Shown here: positions 1-8,999 of the stretch, one piece after another
How positions within the stretch are numbered: the first letter of the stretch is position 1
Layout: the number at the start of each line of letters is the position of its first letter
NCBI GenBank assembly: GCA_030611015.1
Contig: JAUWQP010000003.1
Coordinates: 1 to 41,486, forward strand
DNA: 41,486 nt
Direction: 5' to 3'
Source of the DNA: Chloroflexota bacterium
Lineage (GTDB): Bacteria > Chloroflexota > Dehalococcoidia > GIF9 > AB-539-J10
Position numbers and translations under genes: made by a program
The notes under the pieces: model-generated
Database searches by the model: none
What the model was told of the DNA's origin: nothing
What the model saw: only the letters and a program-made list of their open reading frames with translations

Positions 1-47
1 GCGGAATTGAATTTATCCCTTTGCGCTTAAAGGCGACTGGAAAACTG
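1..47 (+). repeat. 47-bp direct repeat, copy 1 (may extend beyond the window start)
   Basis: gcggaattgaatttatccctttgcgcttaaaggcgactggaaaactg matches 2379-2425 at 45/47 positions. Confidence 0.9.
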
Positions 48-121
48 CACACGTATATTGTTAGTGCCTCTTTAGATTAGAATTCTCTGTGAAGGTAATT
101 ATTATGGCTGGCTATCAGTCT

Positions 122-892
122 TTATCTTCGTTTCGTTCCCCACATCACAATGGCTGCACCTTTAAGCAGGGATCTTGTTTCTACCAGCGGAATTCCGTTG
201 CCACGCCATATTGCGGCGAGGCGATCAACAGGACACCGGTGACAGAAGCCCGAGATACTCGGACCTAAGAAACAGCCAACACGATGCCAACCTCGTGAAA
301 CGGGGATGGTCATTACTGGCATGACGACCCTATTGTAGATTTCCCATAGAGCTCTCACCCAAAGGGCTTCTGGAATGCCGAACTCAAGCGAGAGCAATTC
401 CCCGCCTGGTTTCAGTACGCGAGACAGCTCCCGTATTGTTGCATCAGGGTCTTGGACATAACGCAACAGGTAGGTGAAGACAACCGTATCGAAGGTCTCA
501 TCAGGAAATGGTAAATGCTCAGCGCGGCCCTGGATAAGTTGGACTCTGCCGTCCAGGCTTTGCTTCTCAACGGCGCGGAGGCCAGCTTCCAGCATCAAGT
601 GGCTAACATCAAGCCCCACGATTCGGCCATTATTGTGGCCGGCAATCTCAATGGCGACACCGGCTGTACCGGTACATACGTCAAGCACAAGGTTTCCCGG
701 CCGAAAAGCCATTCGCGAGACTAAGAACCTGCGCCAACGAAGGTACTGAAAGAAAGTCAGCACTTGCGCCCAGGTGTCGTACGAGGGGGCAATACCATCG
801 AACAGGTCTTGGGCAAGGGTTCTCCTTACTGGGACCGCAGGTTGGGATTCAGCTAGCGAAGCCCCTCGGTCCTCTCTTTTATTTGTCTTCAT
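122..892 (-). CDS. Class I SAM-dependent methyltransferase, UbiE/MenG family
   Basis: Motif I VLDVCTGTAG, GLDVS, AEHLPFPDETFD, RVLKPGG; N-terminal LFDGIAPSYD typical of UbiE-like proteins; aggag SD upstream. Confidence 0.85.
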   Translation of the reverse strand: MKTNKREDRGASLAESQPAVPVRRTLAQDLFDGIAPSYDTWAQVLTFFQYLRWRRFLVSRMAFRPGNLVLDVCTGTAGVAIEIAGHNNGRIVGLDVSHLMLEAGLRAVEKQSLDGRVQLIQGRAEHLPFPDETFDTVVFTYLLRYVQDPDATIRELSRVLKPGGELLSLEFGIPEALWVRALWEIYNRVVMPVMTIPVSRGWHRVGCFLGPSISGFCHRCPVDRLAAIWRGNGIPLVETRSLLKGAAIVMWGTKRR

Positions 893-1221
893 TCTTTATT
901 CTCCTTCGAGCTGTCTTTTCTGCACACTATCTCATAAAATTAGCAGCGCCAGGATGCTGCGGGCTTGGGTCATTCTTGATTGTGGATAACATATGTAATC
1001 TAGGTAAACAAATCCGGCAATTTTAGTTCGACCATACGCTGAAGTTGAACAATAGCATAAAGTTCTATCTGTCGTCCAGTACCGCCCACTTTACCCGACT
1101 TGAACTCTATTACATACCCAATTCTTGAGTAGTTCTAAACTACACGTTTAGTCAGACTGTTCACTTTGCCATCCACAACACCTGAGGCAGACGTAGACCT
1201 GGAATAGAGCCACGGCGGGAC

Positions 1222-1249
1222 TTGACAATCTTAATAATTGGTGTATGAT
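1222..1249 (+). promoter_or_regulatory. Sigma70-type promoter for the zinc-ribbon/RRM genes
   Basis: TTGACA (1222-1227), 16-bp spacer, TATGAT (1244-1249). Confidence 0.65.
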
Positions 1250-1362
1250 GTATTTAATAGTTTAAGTTTAGGTTATTACAATCTTCTTAGGATTCTGTTA
1301 GATTCATATCAAGTATTGGGTGACCCAAACCAGCTAAAAATTTTGAGAAAGGAGGTCATCCA

Positions 1363-1668
1363 ATGAGTTTTCAAGACAAAACGATCCAGTGTGCCGATTG
1401 TGGGACTGACTTCAGCTTCACCGCTGAGGAACAAGAGTTCTTTCAATCCAAGGGCTATACTAATGAGCCCAAGCGCTGTCCTTCATGCCGCCAGGCAAGG
1501 AAGACAGAGCGGTACGGAAGTCGTGGTAACAGCTACGGTCTCCCACGCCAAATGTTTCCTGCCATATGCGCCGAGTGCGGCAAAGACACCGAAGTGCCTT
1601 TTGAGCCTGTCAATGGCAGGCCGGTCTATTGTAGCGATTGCTACAGTAAAGTCAGACCGAGTAGATAA
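1363..1668 (+). CDS. Zinc-ribbon protein (zf-trcl-like N-terminal domain plus CxxC-x17-CxxC domain)
   Basis: CADC...FTAEEQEFF...EPKRCPSC, then CAECG...VPFEP...RPVYCSDC; strong SD aaaggaggt. Confidence 0.9.
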   Translation: MSFQDKTIQCADCGTDFSFTAEEQEFFQSKGYTNEPKRCPSCRQARKTERYGSRGNSYGLPRQMFPAICAECGKDTEVPFEPVNGRPVYCSDCYSKVRPSR

Positions 1669-1679
1669 TGCCGGTTTGA

Positions 1680-1727
1680 CCAGAGACATACACGGGCCGG
1701 GGATACGTGGCCCGTGTATGTCTCTGG
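1680..1727. repeat. Perfect 19-bp inverted repeat (stem-loop, 10-nt loop)
   Basis: ccagagacatacacgggcc (1680-1698) / ggcccgtgtatgtctctgg (1709-1727); no U-tract on either side. Confidence 0.9.
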
Positions 1728-1903
1728 AATGTGGCGACGCGTCATCTCAATGGGAGTCTCGACACATGAAGGTGAATTCCAAGATTCCCTGTTGTGTCGC
1801 TTTCAAAGGATGATGCAAATGAGTGGAATTCTGCGCGAGGCAAAGTCCCACAGCCATTTTCTATACAAGGATTACGAGATTAAGCGAAAGGAGGAGCACT
1901 GGT

Positions 1904-2221
1904 ATGAAGATTTACGTGGGGAACTTACCCTATGAGATAACTGAAGAGGAATTACGTCAGGAATTTGGGACTTTTGGAGAAGTGACGTCTGTAAACATTA
2001 TAACAGACAAATTCAGTGGGCGACCCAGGGGATTCGGGTTTGTTGAAATGCCAACAGTGTCTGAAGGTCAAGCCGCAATTGCCGGCCTCAATGGGAAGGA
2101 ACTGAAGGACCAGACGCTTAATGTTAACGCGGCTCGCCCACCTTCTGAGAGCAGAGGTGGTGGGTCTTACGGCAACAGAAGGCCTGGTGGACCTAGTAGA
2201 GGAAGGCAGAGAAGATATTAA
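1904..2221 (+). CDS. RRM (RNP-1) RNA-binding protein with Gly/Arg-rich tail
   Basis: RNP2 KIYVGNL, RNP1 RGFGFVEM, tail GGGSYGNRRPGG; start moved to ATG 1904 after SD aaaggaggag. Confidence 0.93.
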   Translation: MKIYVGNLPYEITEEELRQEFGTFGEVTSVNIITDKFSGRPRGFGFVEMPTVSEGQAAIAGLNGKELKDQTLNVNAARPPSESRGGGSYGNRRPGGPSRGRQRRY

Positions 2222-2378
2222 GCTCCTTCTCATTCATTATCCTTGAGATGTGTAACACTTAGCTAGATTGTTTGCTTAAGTTCCTCGAACCCCGTGGAGA
2301 GGTCGAGCAATTGCTAAGCCATTTCAGGAATGCATTAAATCTTAGCCCTTCGGCGTCTTGTGAGCCAGACTACCAAAG

Positions 2379-2425
2379 GCGGAATCGAATTTATCCCTTA
2401 GCGCTTAAAGGCGACTGGAAAACTG
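2379..2425 (+). repeat. 47-bp direct repeat, copy 2
   Basis: gcggaatcgaatttatcccttagcgcttaaaggcgactggaaaactg; 2 mismatches to 1-47. Confidence 0.9.
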
Positions 2426-2439
2426 AGCAATCCGTGTGA

Positions 2440-2468
2440 TTGTTCACTCCGCCATTTTGCTGTATAAT
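2440..2468 (+). promoter_or_regulatory. Putative sigma70 promoter upstream of the DUF5714 gene
   Basis: TTGTTC (2440-2445), 17-bp spacer, TATAAT (2463-2468). Confidence 0.45.
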
Positions 2469-2620
2469 CCAACTGTAAAGCATGTTCCGAATAAGCTTCA
2501 GCATCAACGATTCATAGGTAGCATGACATCTCCGTTCCAAATATGCGTTCATTGCTCTGCCATTCGCAAATCCACTTATACGGAGTGTCCTGGCTGAAAG
2601 GAGTTAACGCTTAAGAATCA

Positions 2621-3334
2621 ATGACCTCTGTGGCTAACTGTGTAATCTGCGGGCAACCGCTTGTCTATGCTACCGAAACCAGGATTAGGAAATGCGATTT
2701 TTGCGGACATGAAGATAATACTTTGATATACTGTGCCGCCGGACACTACGTCTGTGACCTCTGTCACAGCAAGAAAGCGGTGGAAGTTGCGAGGCAGTTG
2801 TTGGACACCACTGATTCGAAGGACACGGTCTGTATTCTTGAGCAAATTATGGCCCATCCCGCAATACCCATGCACGGTCCTGAGCATCATTCTATCGTTC
2901 CGGGTGCCATCATCGCCGCTGTCCGGAATGCTGGTTACCGGTGCCCCGATGGAGCTATTGATGAGGCTTTACAGAGGGCAACCGAGGTGCCCGGGGGATG
3001 GTGCGGGTCTTATGGTGCCTGTGGAGCAGCAGTGGGAGTCGGTATTGCGGTAAGCGTATTGACAGGTGCCACGCCGCTGACCGGCGGGCCACGCTCACTG
3101 GCTTTGGGAGCTACTTCGTTCGCCCTTGCTCGAATGCTTGACGGTCAACCGCGCTGTTGTAAGAGAGCGACAAGGCTTGCGGTCGCAGCGGCTGTGGATT
3201 ATCTGAGAGAGCATCTTGAAATCCAGCTTCCTTGCACGAGGAAGACCATTTGTACATATGTTCCACGAAACCAGGAGTGCCCGCGAACACTGTGCCCGTA
3301 TTATGATTCTGATACAGAGTTGAGCAGGACATGA
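2621..3334 (+). CDS. DUF5714-family Cys-rich protein
   Basis: N-terminal CxxC/CxxC/C-H-CxxC; PMHGPEHH, PGGWCGSYGACG, PRCCKR and C-terminal C...C...CPY motifs; SD aaaggag. Confidence 0.75.
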   Translation: MTSVANCVICGQPLVYATETRIRKCDFCGHEDNTLIYCAAGHYVCDLCHSKKAVEVARQLLDTTDSKDTVCILEQIMAHPAIPMHGPEHHSIVPGAIIAAVRNAGYRCPDGAIDEALQRATEVPGGWCGSYGACGAAVGVGIAVSVLTGATPLTGGPRSLALGATSFALARMLDGQPRCCKRATRLAVAAAVDYLREHLEIQLPCTRKTICTYVPRNQECPRTLCPYYDSDTELSRT

Positions 3335-3577
3335 GGTTTGGGGCTTAAGAAGTGGATACATTTGCAGGAATCGCGCCGCGTTTGGCCGCACATTCAGTTT
3401 TCCTGATTGATGCCAAGCCTCTTATTAGCCATTGATTGTAAGCCATCAGCGTTTTTGGAGCAGGATCATGCATGTTACAATACTACGGGATACCACCACC
3501 GATGTATGCATAGTCCTTTCAGGGAGAAGCGAAGCCGGTGTGAGTATTAAAATTCTAGAAAGAGGAGGTTCTTGTAA

Positions 3578-4150
3578 ATGCCGAAGATAGCAATTGGAGC
3601 ACGCACACTTCTTTACCCACTTCCCGCTGTTCTTGTCGGGGCCAACGTTGACGGAAAACCGAACTTCTCTACATACGCCTGGTGTGGGATTGTAAGCAGC
3701 CGTCCACCCACGCTCTCTGTTGCTTTCCAACACCAGCGCCATACCCTCAAGGGCGTTAAACAAAATGGCACATTCTCCGTAAACATCCCCTCCATTGAGT
3801 TGGTAGAGGAAACAGATTACTGCGGACTTGTCTCGGGGCGAAAGACTGATAAAGTGGCAGACTGCAAATTCAATATCTTTTATGGCGAACTTGCCAATGC
3901 GCCTATGATTAGCGAGTGTCCTGTAAATATTGAATGCCTCGCTCTGCACATCCTGAATCTGGGGAGTCATGAGATGGTAGTGGGACGAATTAAAGAAGTT
4001 TACGCTACAGATTCATGCTTGACTGATGGCGAGCCCGATGTAACCAAAATTCAGCCTTTCCTCTGGGTTACGGATCCGGAAAACCAATATTGGACATTGG
4101 GCAAGCCTATAGGCGAGGCATTCAGCATCGGGAAGCGGATGAAAAGGTAA
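3578..4150 (+). CDS. Flavin reductase-like / flavoredoxin family protein
   Basis: LYPLPAVLVGA, FSVNIPS, DYCGLVSGR, APMISECPVNIEC, GSHEMVVGRI; SD gaggagg. Confidence 0.9.
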   Translation: MPKIAIGARTLLYPLPAVLVGANVDGKPNFSTYAWCGIVSSRPPTLSVAFQHQRHTLKGVKQNGTFSVNIPSIELVEETDYCGLVSGRKTDKVADCKFNIFYGELANAPMISECPVNIECLALHILNLGSHEMVVGRIKEVYATDSCLTDGEPDVTKIQPFLWVTDPENQYWTLGKPIGEAFSIGKRMKR

Positions 4151-5398
4151 GCCGAAGTTGCAGCATAAGGAGCCTCCGAATCTCGCTGACTCGTGCTGAC
4201 TATGCGCAGCCACATTGCTCAGTTACAGGGCAGTATCTTACGTATGCTCCGGCTGTTTCCCGATTCATTGAACAAACTCGACTACTTTTCCGAGGAGTAG
4301 GGACTAGCTCGTAGGGCGTGGATCAGGGAAGGCTTTAGGAGAGCTACAGGGAAATCTCAGTAGGGATGTGGCATAGAGATAAATACATTATTGAGCCCAG
4401 CCAGTAGCGTCCACATTGTAAGCCGACTATGAGAACCGGCAATACATCTTGGGGATGCGTTGAGTTGTTGTGCCACAACTCCCCCCGGTTGCTGAGATCC
4501 AGTGAGCTATGACCACGCTCTAAGATGTGATTCTGTATGGGCAATCAGAGCGGTGGGGGTGGGGGATTCAGATCTTTGCTTCAGGAGGTCTTGCAGCCTC
4601 TTGGCTAGATGTCCGCTATGCTTCTGGCTTCTGTTCTCCTCACCGTGCTGGGCGTCCTAGCCAGTGAAGAACCCGGCTGTTTGCTTAATCTTGGCCACAG
4701 GGATATTCCCGGGTCGAAGATGAGTCCGTCTTTGACTACCTTGTCCCTGGGACTTGTTTCTTTCGCACTTATACTGAAGCTATCTTAATTGTAGTAGCCA
4801 AGACGCCCTGCGCTCTCTGGCGCAAGATACTTTCACTAGCGGCAATTTGAGCGGTATCTACAGATGCAGCCTTTTCAGGTTATCTGCTCGTTTGTATTTT
4901 ATTGCTTCTTTGAAAGTGGTCAGTGCTACCTGTTCTGCCATCTTGGTCAGTCCGACGACATCGTTCTGGTGCCTGAGTCAAGCTCCAATACCCGACGCAC
5001 AGGATGGATTCGTACCGCTCCAAAGTGTTCAACTTGCTTGCCGCTTTCAATACGCATTTTCTTGCAACAAATTAGTGTAAGCCAGTAACTCCGTTGTTTG
5101 CATTATATCGGATGTAAACCGATGCAATTGCTAGGAAGAAATGATAGATCGGTCTTTTTTTCAGAGAAGCATCGGAAAGGTGCGATTATGACAATTACTT
5201 TATATAAATCCTACCTGCAAGTGGCAAAGTGTTGATAGTGTATTACACTTCTTGTTATTCTGCTACTACTTCTCCTGCTTGATAGAATAGTTTATAATGT
5301 TCAACGGCTGAATCATAGAACTGCGCTAACTTAAGACCAAGGCGACAACTCCCACGGTGCAGTTATTTATGAACCGGGATAGATTAAGGAGTCGCGAG

Positions 5399-5965
5399 AT
5401 GAAAGTCATAGGTATAGTCGGCAGTCCAAGAGAAAATGGCAATACAGAATTGTTAACCAAGCATACGCTTAAAGCAATTTCTGAGGAAGGGTTGGATATT
5501 GAGCTCATACGGTTAGCTGGCCTGGAAATAAAGCCGTGCAATGCGTGTATGGCATGTAGAGAAGAAGAACATTGCCCTATCGAGGATGGCCTGTTTCCAA
5601 TATATCTCAAGATGAAAGCAGCCGAGGGTATAATTCTAGCCTCACCCGTGTATTTTGGCTCTGCTACGGCGCTGATTAAGTCGCTTATGGAGCGTGTTGG
5701 TTACATCTCACGCTGGAATGGTGACCCCTTCTGTGGGAAGGTTGGCGGGCCCTTAGTAGTGGCACGACGAGCCGGCAAGAACTTTACAATTGCTCAACTT
5801 ACCTGCTGGTTTCAGATTCTAGGGTTCTTCATTCCGGGTTCTACGTATTGGAATGTTGCTATCGGTCGAGAAAAAGGCGAAGTGGAACAGGATGAAGAAG
5901 GACTTAACACAGCCTGGAACTTCGGTAAGAATATGGCCTTTCTAATTAAGAAATTGAGCAGGTGA
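5399..5965 (+). CDS. Iron-sulfur flavoprotein (Isf)/NADPH-dependent FMN reductase (flavodoxin fold)
   Basis: GSPRENGNT FMN loop, CNACMACREEEHC compact Cys motif, ASPVYFG; start set at ATG 5399 after aagga. Confidence 0.88.
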   Translation: MKVIGIVGSPRENGNTELLTKHTLKAISEEGLDIELIRLAGLEIKPCNACMACREEEHCPIEDGLFPIYLKMKAAEGIILASPVYFGSATALIKSLMERVGYISRWNGDPFCGKVGGPLVVARRAGKNFTIAQLTCWFQILGFFIPGSTYWNVAIGREKGEVEQDEEGLNTAWNFGKNMAFLIKKLSR

Positions 5966-6188
5966 CAGAATCACGCGTTTAGCCAGATTGTTACCTTCAC
6001 GGTTAGAAGAGAAATGCTTGTATGCTCTTCCGCTGTCATACACTGGCTTTATGGATCTGCTAGGAAAGGCGGGTTCTAATTACAAAATTTACAAAATGTA
6101 AAGCTCCGGCAAGGTCAACCTGCTTCGATTGATTTCTGCTCCAATCTCAACGGTAATATAATGAATTTACTTGTGGGAGTACTGCTAA

Positions 6189-7244
6189 ATGGAAATAATT
6201 GATTTGCGTAGCGACACTATTACCCATCCCACGCCCGGGATGCGGCAGGCAATCTTCGAGGCGGAAGTAGGGGACGATGTTTATGGTGAGGACGCCACGG
6301 TCAATCGGCTTGAGATGATGGCGGCGGCGAGCATGGGTAAAGAAGCCGCGCTGTTAACCACATCTGGCACCCAGGGCAATCTTATCGCTGTGCTCACTTA
6401 TACCAATCATGGGGACGAGATTATTGTGGGAGATGAGGCTCACATGTTCTGGTACGAAGTAGGCGGTGCTGCCGCCCTCGGTGGTGTGACTATGCGCACC
6501 TTGCCCAACGATAGCTGTGGCCGTCTCAATCCAGATGATATCGATCGAGCAATTCGGGACAAGGATATCCACTACCCGGAGACCACGCTCCTCTGCCTTG
6601 AGAACACGCATAATCGCTGCGGTGGAACAGTCCTTACCACAGACTATACAAACGAAGTCTGTAATCTAGCCCACAGACGTGGGCTAAAAGTGCATCTGGA
6701 TGGGGCGCGCATTTTCAATGCCGCAATTGCTCTGGGCGTACCGGCGTGTGCACTTACCGAGAACGTTGATTCAGTATCATTATGCCTTTCGAAAGGACTG
6801 AGTGCGCCTGTTGGGTCACTGCTGTGCGGTAGCAAGGATTCTATTGAGCGAGCCCGCAAGTTTCGCAAGATGCTGGGCGGAGGCATGCGGCAGGCGGGGA
6901 TTATCGCAGCCGCAGGCATCGTGGCGTTGGAAACAATGGTAGATCGCCTGGGGGAAGATCACGCCAATGCGAGACGTTTAGCACAGGGGCTGGCAGGCAT
7001 CAAGGGAATCACGCTGGCCCAGGACAACATACCTACTAACATCGTGATGTTCAAGCTCTCGCCAGAGCTATCTGCCCGCGAGTTTATGGAAGGCCTTGAA
7101 AAGGCAGGGGTGAAGGTAGGCTTGCGGGACGGCCGTCCGTTCCGTGCGGTTACTCATTGCATGGTATCATCGTCAGATATTGACGAAGCGCTGACACGCA
7201 TCGAGACGGTTTGTCGCAGGCTCCGTCGTCGGGTTCAGAAATAA
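6189..7244 (+). CDS. ltaE: Low-specificity L-threonine aldolase (PLP)
   Basis: IDLRSDT, GDDVYGED, LENTHN, HLDGARIFNA, CLSKGLSAPVG (PLP Lys), GGGMRQAG. Confidence 0.93.
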   Translation: MEIIDLRSDTITHPTPGMRQAIFEAEVGDDVYGEDATVNRLEMMAAASMGKEAALLTTSGTQGNLIAVLTYTNHGDEIIVGDEAHMFWYEVGGAAALGGVTMRTLPNDSCGRLNPDDIDRAIRDKDIHYPETTLLCLENTHNRCGGTVLTTDYTNEVCNLAHRRGLKVHLDGARIFNAAIALGVPACALTENVDSVSLCLSKGLSAPVGSLLCGSKDSIERARKFRKMLGGGMRQAGIIAAAGIVALETMVDRLGEDHANARRLAQGLAGIKGITLAQDNIPTNIVMFKLSPELSAREFMEGLEKAGVKVGLRDGRPFRAVTHCMVSSSDIDEALTRIETVCRRLRRRVQK

Positions 7245-7557
7245 CTTTTGCATTACAGCAATTGTCTTGTCAATGCATTGCAAGCTGATTTATACAAATT
7301 CATGCAGGCGTCGGCTCTTATTTCCAGATAATCCTCGAAATCGAACACCAGGATGACAGAATTGGGTTACGTCACTTTTCATTGGAACGCAGTGCGGCGA
7401 GAGAATTTTAGCCAACGAAGAATTGGCTGTTTAACATTGGGAGTGTCGCGAATCGCTAAATCTGATAGCGTCAGTATAGCTTTGGCAGTGAGTGGGTGCT
7501 CACTAATTTTTCAATCGTAATTTTCTTAAACGCCAGACGCAATGATTTGGCATGGGA

Positions 7558-7566
7558 TGCTATAAT
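7558..7566 (+). promoter_or_regulatory. Extended -10 promoter element for the amidohydrolase
   Basis: TGcTATAAT about 50 nt upstream of the ATG; no clear -35. Confidence 0.5.
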
Positions 7567-7617
7567 CGGCCTGCCTAGGGGCCAGGTGGGCTGCAATCGT
7601 GACAAAAGGAGGTATCA

Positions 7618-8871
7618 ATGCAAGAGCTGCGTGTCAACGGAAAGCGACTCTGGGAGAGCATCATGGAGACGGCAAAGTTTGGTGCCATGTCTAGGGGTGG
7701 GGTGTCGCGCCTCTCCCTGAGCGATGAGGACCGTCGGGTCAGGGATTGGTTTGCGGAGGCATGCAAGGGGGCCAGGTGTGAGGTGACGGTGGACGACATG
7801 GGTAATATGTTTGCTCGTCGGTCGGGAAGGCATAATGCGGCGGTGCCCATTGCTATAGGCAGTCATCTGGACACACAGCCCGCTGGGGGTAAGTTTGACG
7901 GCATTGCCGGAGTGCTGTCGGGCCTGGAGGTAATACGGACACTGAACGATGTTGGCTACTGCACAGAGGCCCCACTCGAGGTGATTAACTGGACGAACGA
8001 AGAAGGATCGCGTTTCGCTCCACCGATGCTGGGATCGGGCGTGTTCGCCGAGGTCATCAGCCGGGATTTCGCCTATTCGCGGGAAGACCGGCAGGGAAAG
8101 AAGTTCGGCGAGGAGCTGGAGCGTATCGGATACCGCGGAAGCGCCAGGTGTGGTGAACACAGGCTGAGTACATATTTCGAGCTGCACATTGAGCAGGGGC
8201 CGATGTTGGAGATGGGAGGCAAGACAATCGGCGTGGTCACAGAGGCTCAGGGCCAGCGCTGGTATGAGGTGACCCTCACCGGTCAGGCGGGCCACGCGGG
8301 CAGCACCCCGATGCACCTGCGGAAAGACGCGCTACTCGGCTGTGCGCGGATTGTCGAAGGAGTGAATCGCATCGGGCTGGACCATGCACCGCTGGCAGTA
8401 TCCACAGTGGGGCTGGTGGAGGTGAGGCCCAACTCGCCCAACGTGATCCCGGGCTCGGTGTTCTTCACTGTTGACCTGCGCCACCCGGAGGATGACATGA
8501 TGGCGAAAATGGACGCCGAATTCCGGGAGATGATGAGCAGGGTGGCAGGAGAATCCGGGCTCGGGGTGGAGCTGTCGGAAATCTATGTAAGACCGTCGAC
8601 GGAGTTTGACAGGGCATGTGTGGAACAGGTGCGCGAGGCGGCCGAGAGGCTCAATTATAAATACAGGGAGATGGTATCGGGACCGGGGCATGATGCACTA
8701 TACGTGGCGAGGGTAGTCCCCGCTGCGCTGGTATTCATCCCCTGTGAAGGAGGAATCAGCCACGATGAGGCTGAGAACGCAAGACCAGAGGACGTGGAGG
8801 CGGGGGCCAATGTGCTGTTGCACGTGGTGCTGGCGCGGGATGCCACGACGTTTGAAGGAAAACACGTTTAA
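7618..8871 (+). CDS. Zn-dependent M20-family amidohydrolase (N-carbamoyl-amino-acid/allantoate/beta-ureidopropionase type)
   Basis: GSHLDTQPAGGKFDG, NWTNEEGSRF, ELHIEQGP, GHAGSTPM, SGPGHDA, GISH; SD aaaggaggt. Confidence 0.92.
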   Translation: MQELRVNGKRLWESIMETAKFGAMSRGGVSRLSLSDEDRRVRDWFAEACKGARCEVTVDDMGNMFARRSGRHNAAVPIAIGSHLDTQPAGGKFDGIAGVLSGLEVIRTLNDVGYCTEAPLEVINWTNEEGSRFAPPMLGSGVFAEVISRDFAYSREDRQGKKFGEELERIGYRGSARCGEHRLSTYFELHIEQGPMLEMGGKTIGVVTEAQGQRWYEVTLTGQAGHAGSTPMHLRKDALLGCARIVEGVNRIGLDHAPLAVSTVGLVEVRPNSPNVIPGSVFFTVDLRHPEDDMMAKMDAEFREMMSRVAGESGLGVELSEIYVRPSTEFDRACVEQVREAAERLNYKYREMVSGPGHDALYVARVVPAALVFIPCEGGISHDEAENARPEDVEAGANVLLHVVLARDATTFEGKHV

Positions 8872-8999
8872 GCGTCAAGCTCAACTTAGGCATTCTATCT
8901 TGAGGTGCAACTGAAGTCACCTTAACTTATCCTGCAAATGCGAATTCCTTGGCGCGGTCGTACTTTTACTAGGCACGGTTCGTTCCAACCACTCAGCCG

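Noticed and set aside
7547-7561. ttggcatgggatgct resembling a sigma54 promoter
   Set aside because: GG-to-GC spacing is 8 nt rather than 10; an extended -10 explains the site better
7615-8316. 233-aa antisense ORF, and similar long shadow ORFs at 3446-3970, 9495-10070, 18972-19496, 32937-33548 and 40227-40691
   Set aside because: They lie opposite well-supported genes and have no recognisable motifs; typical antisense shadows
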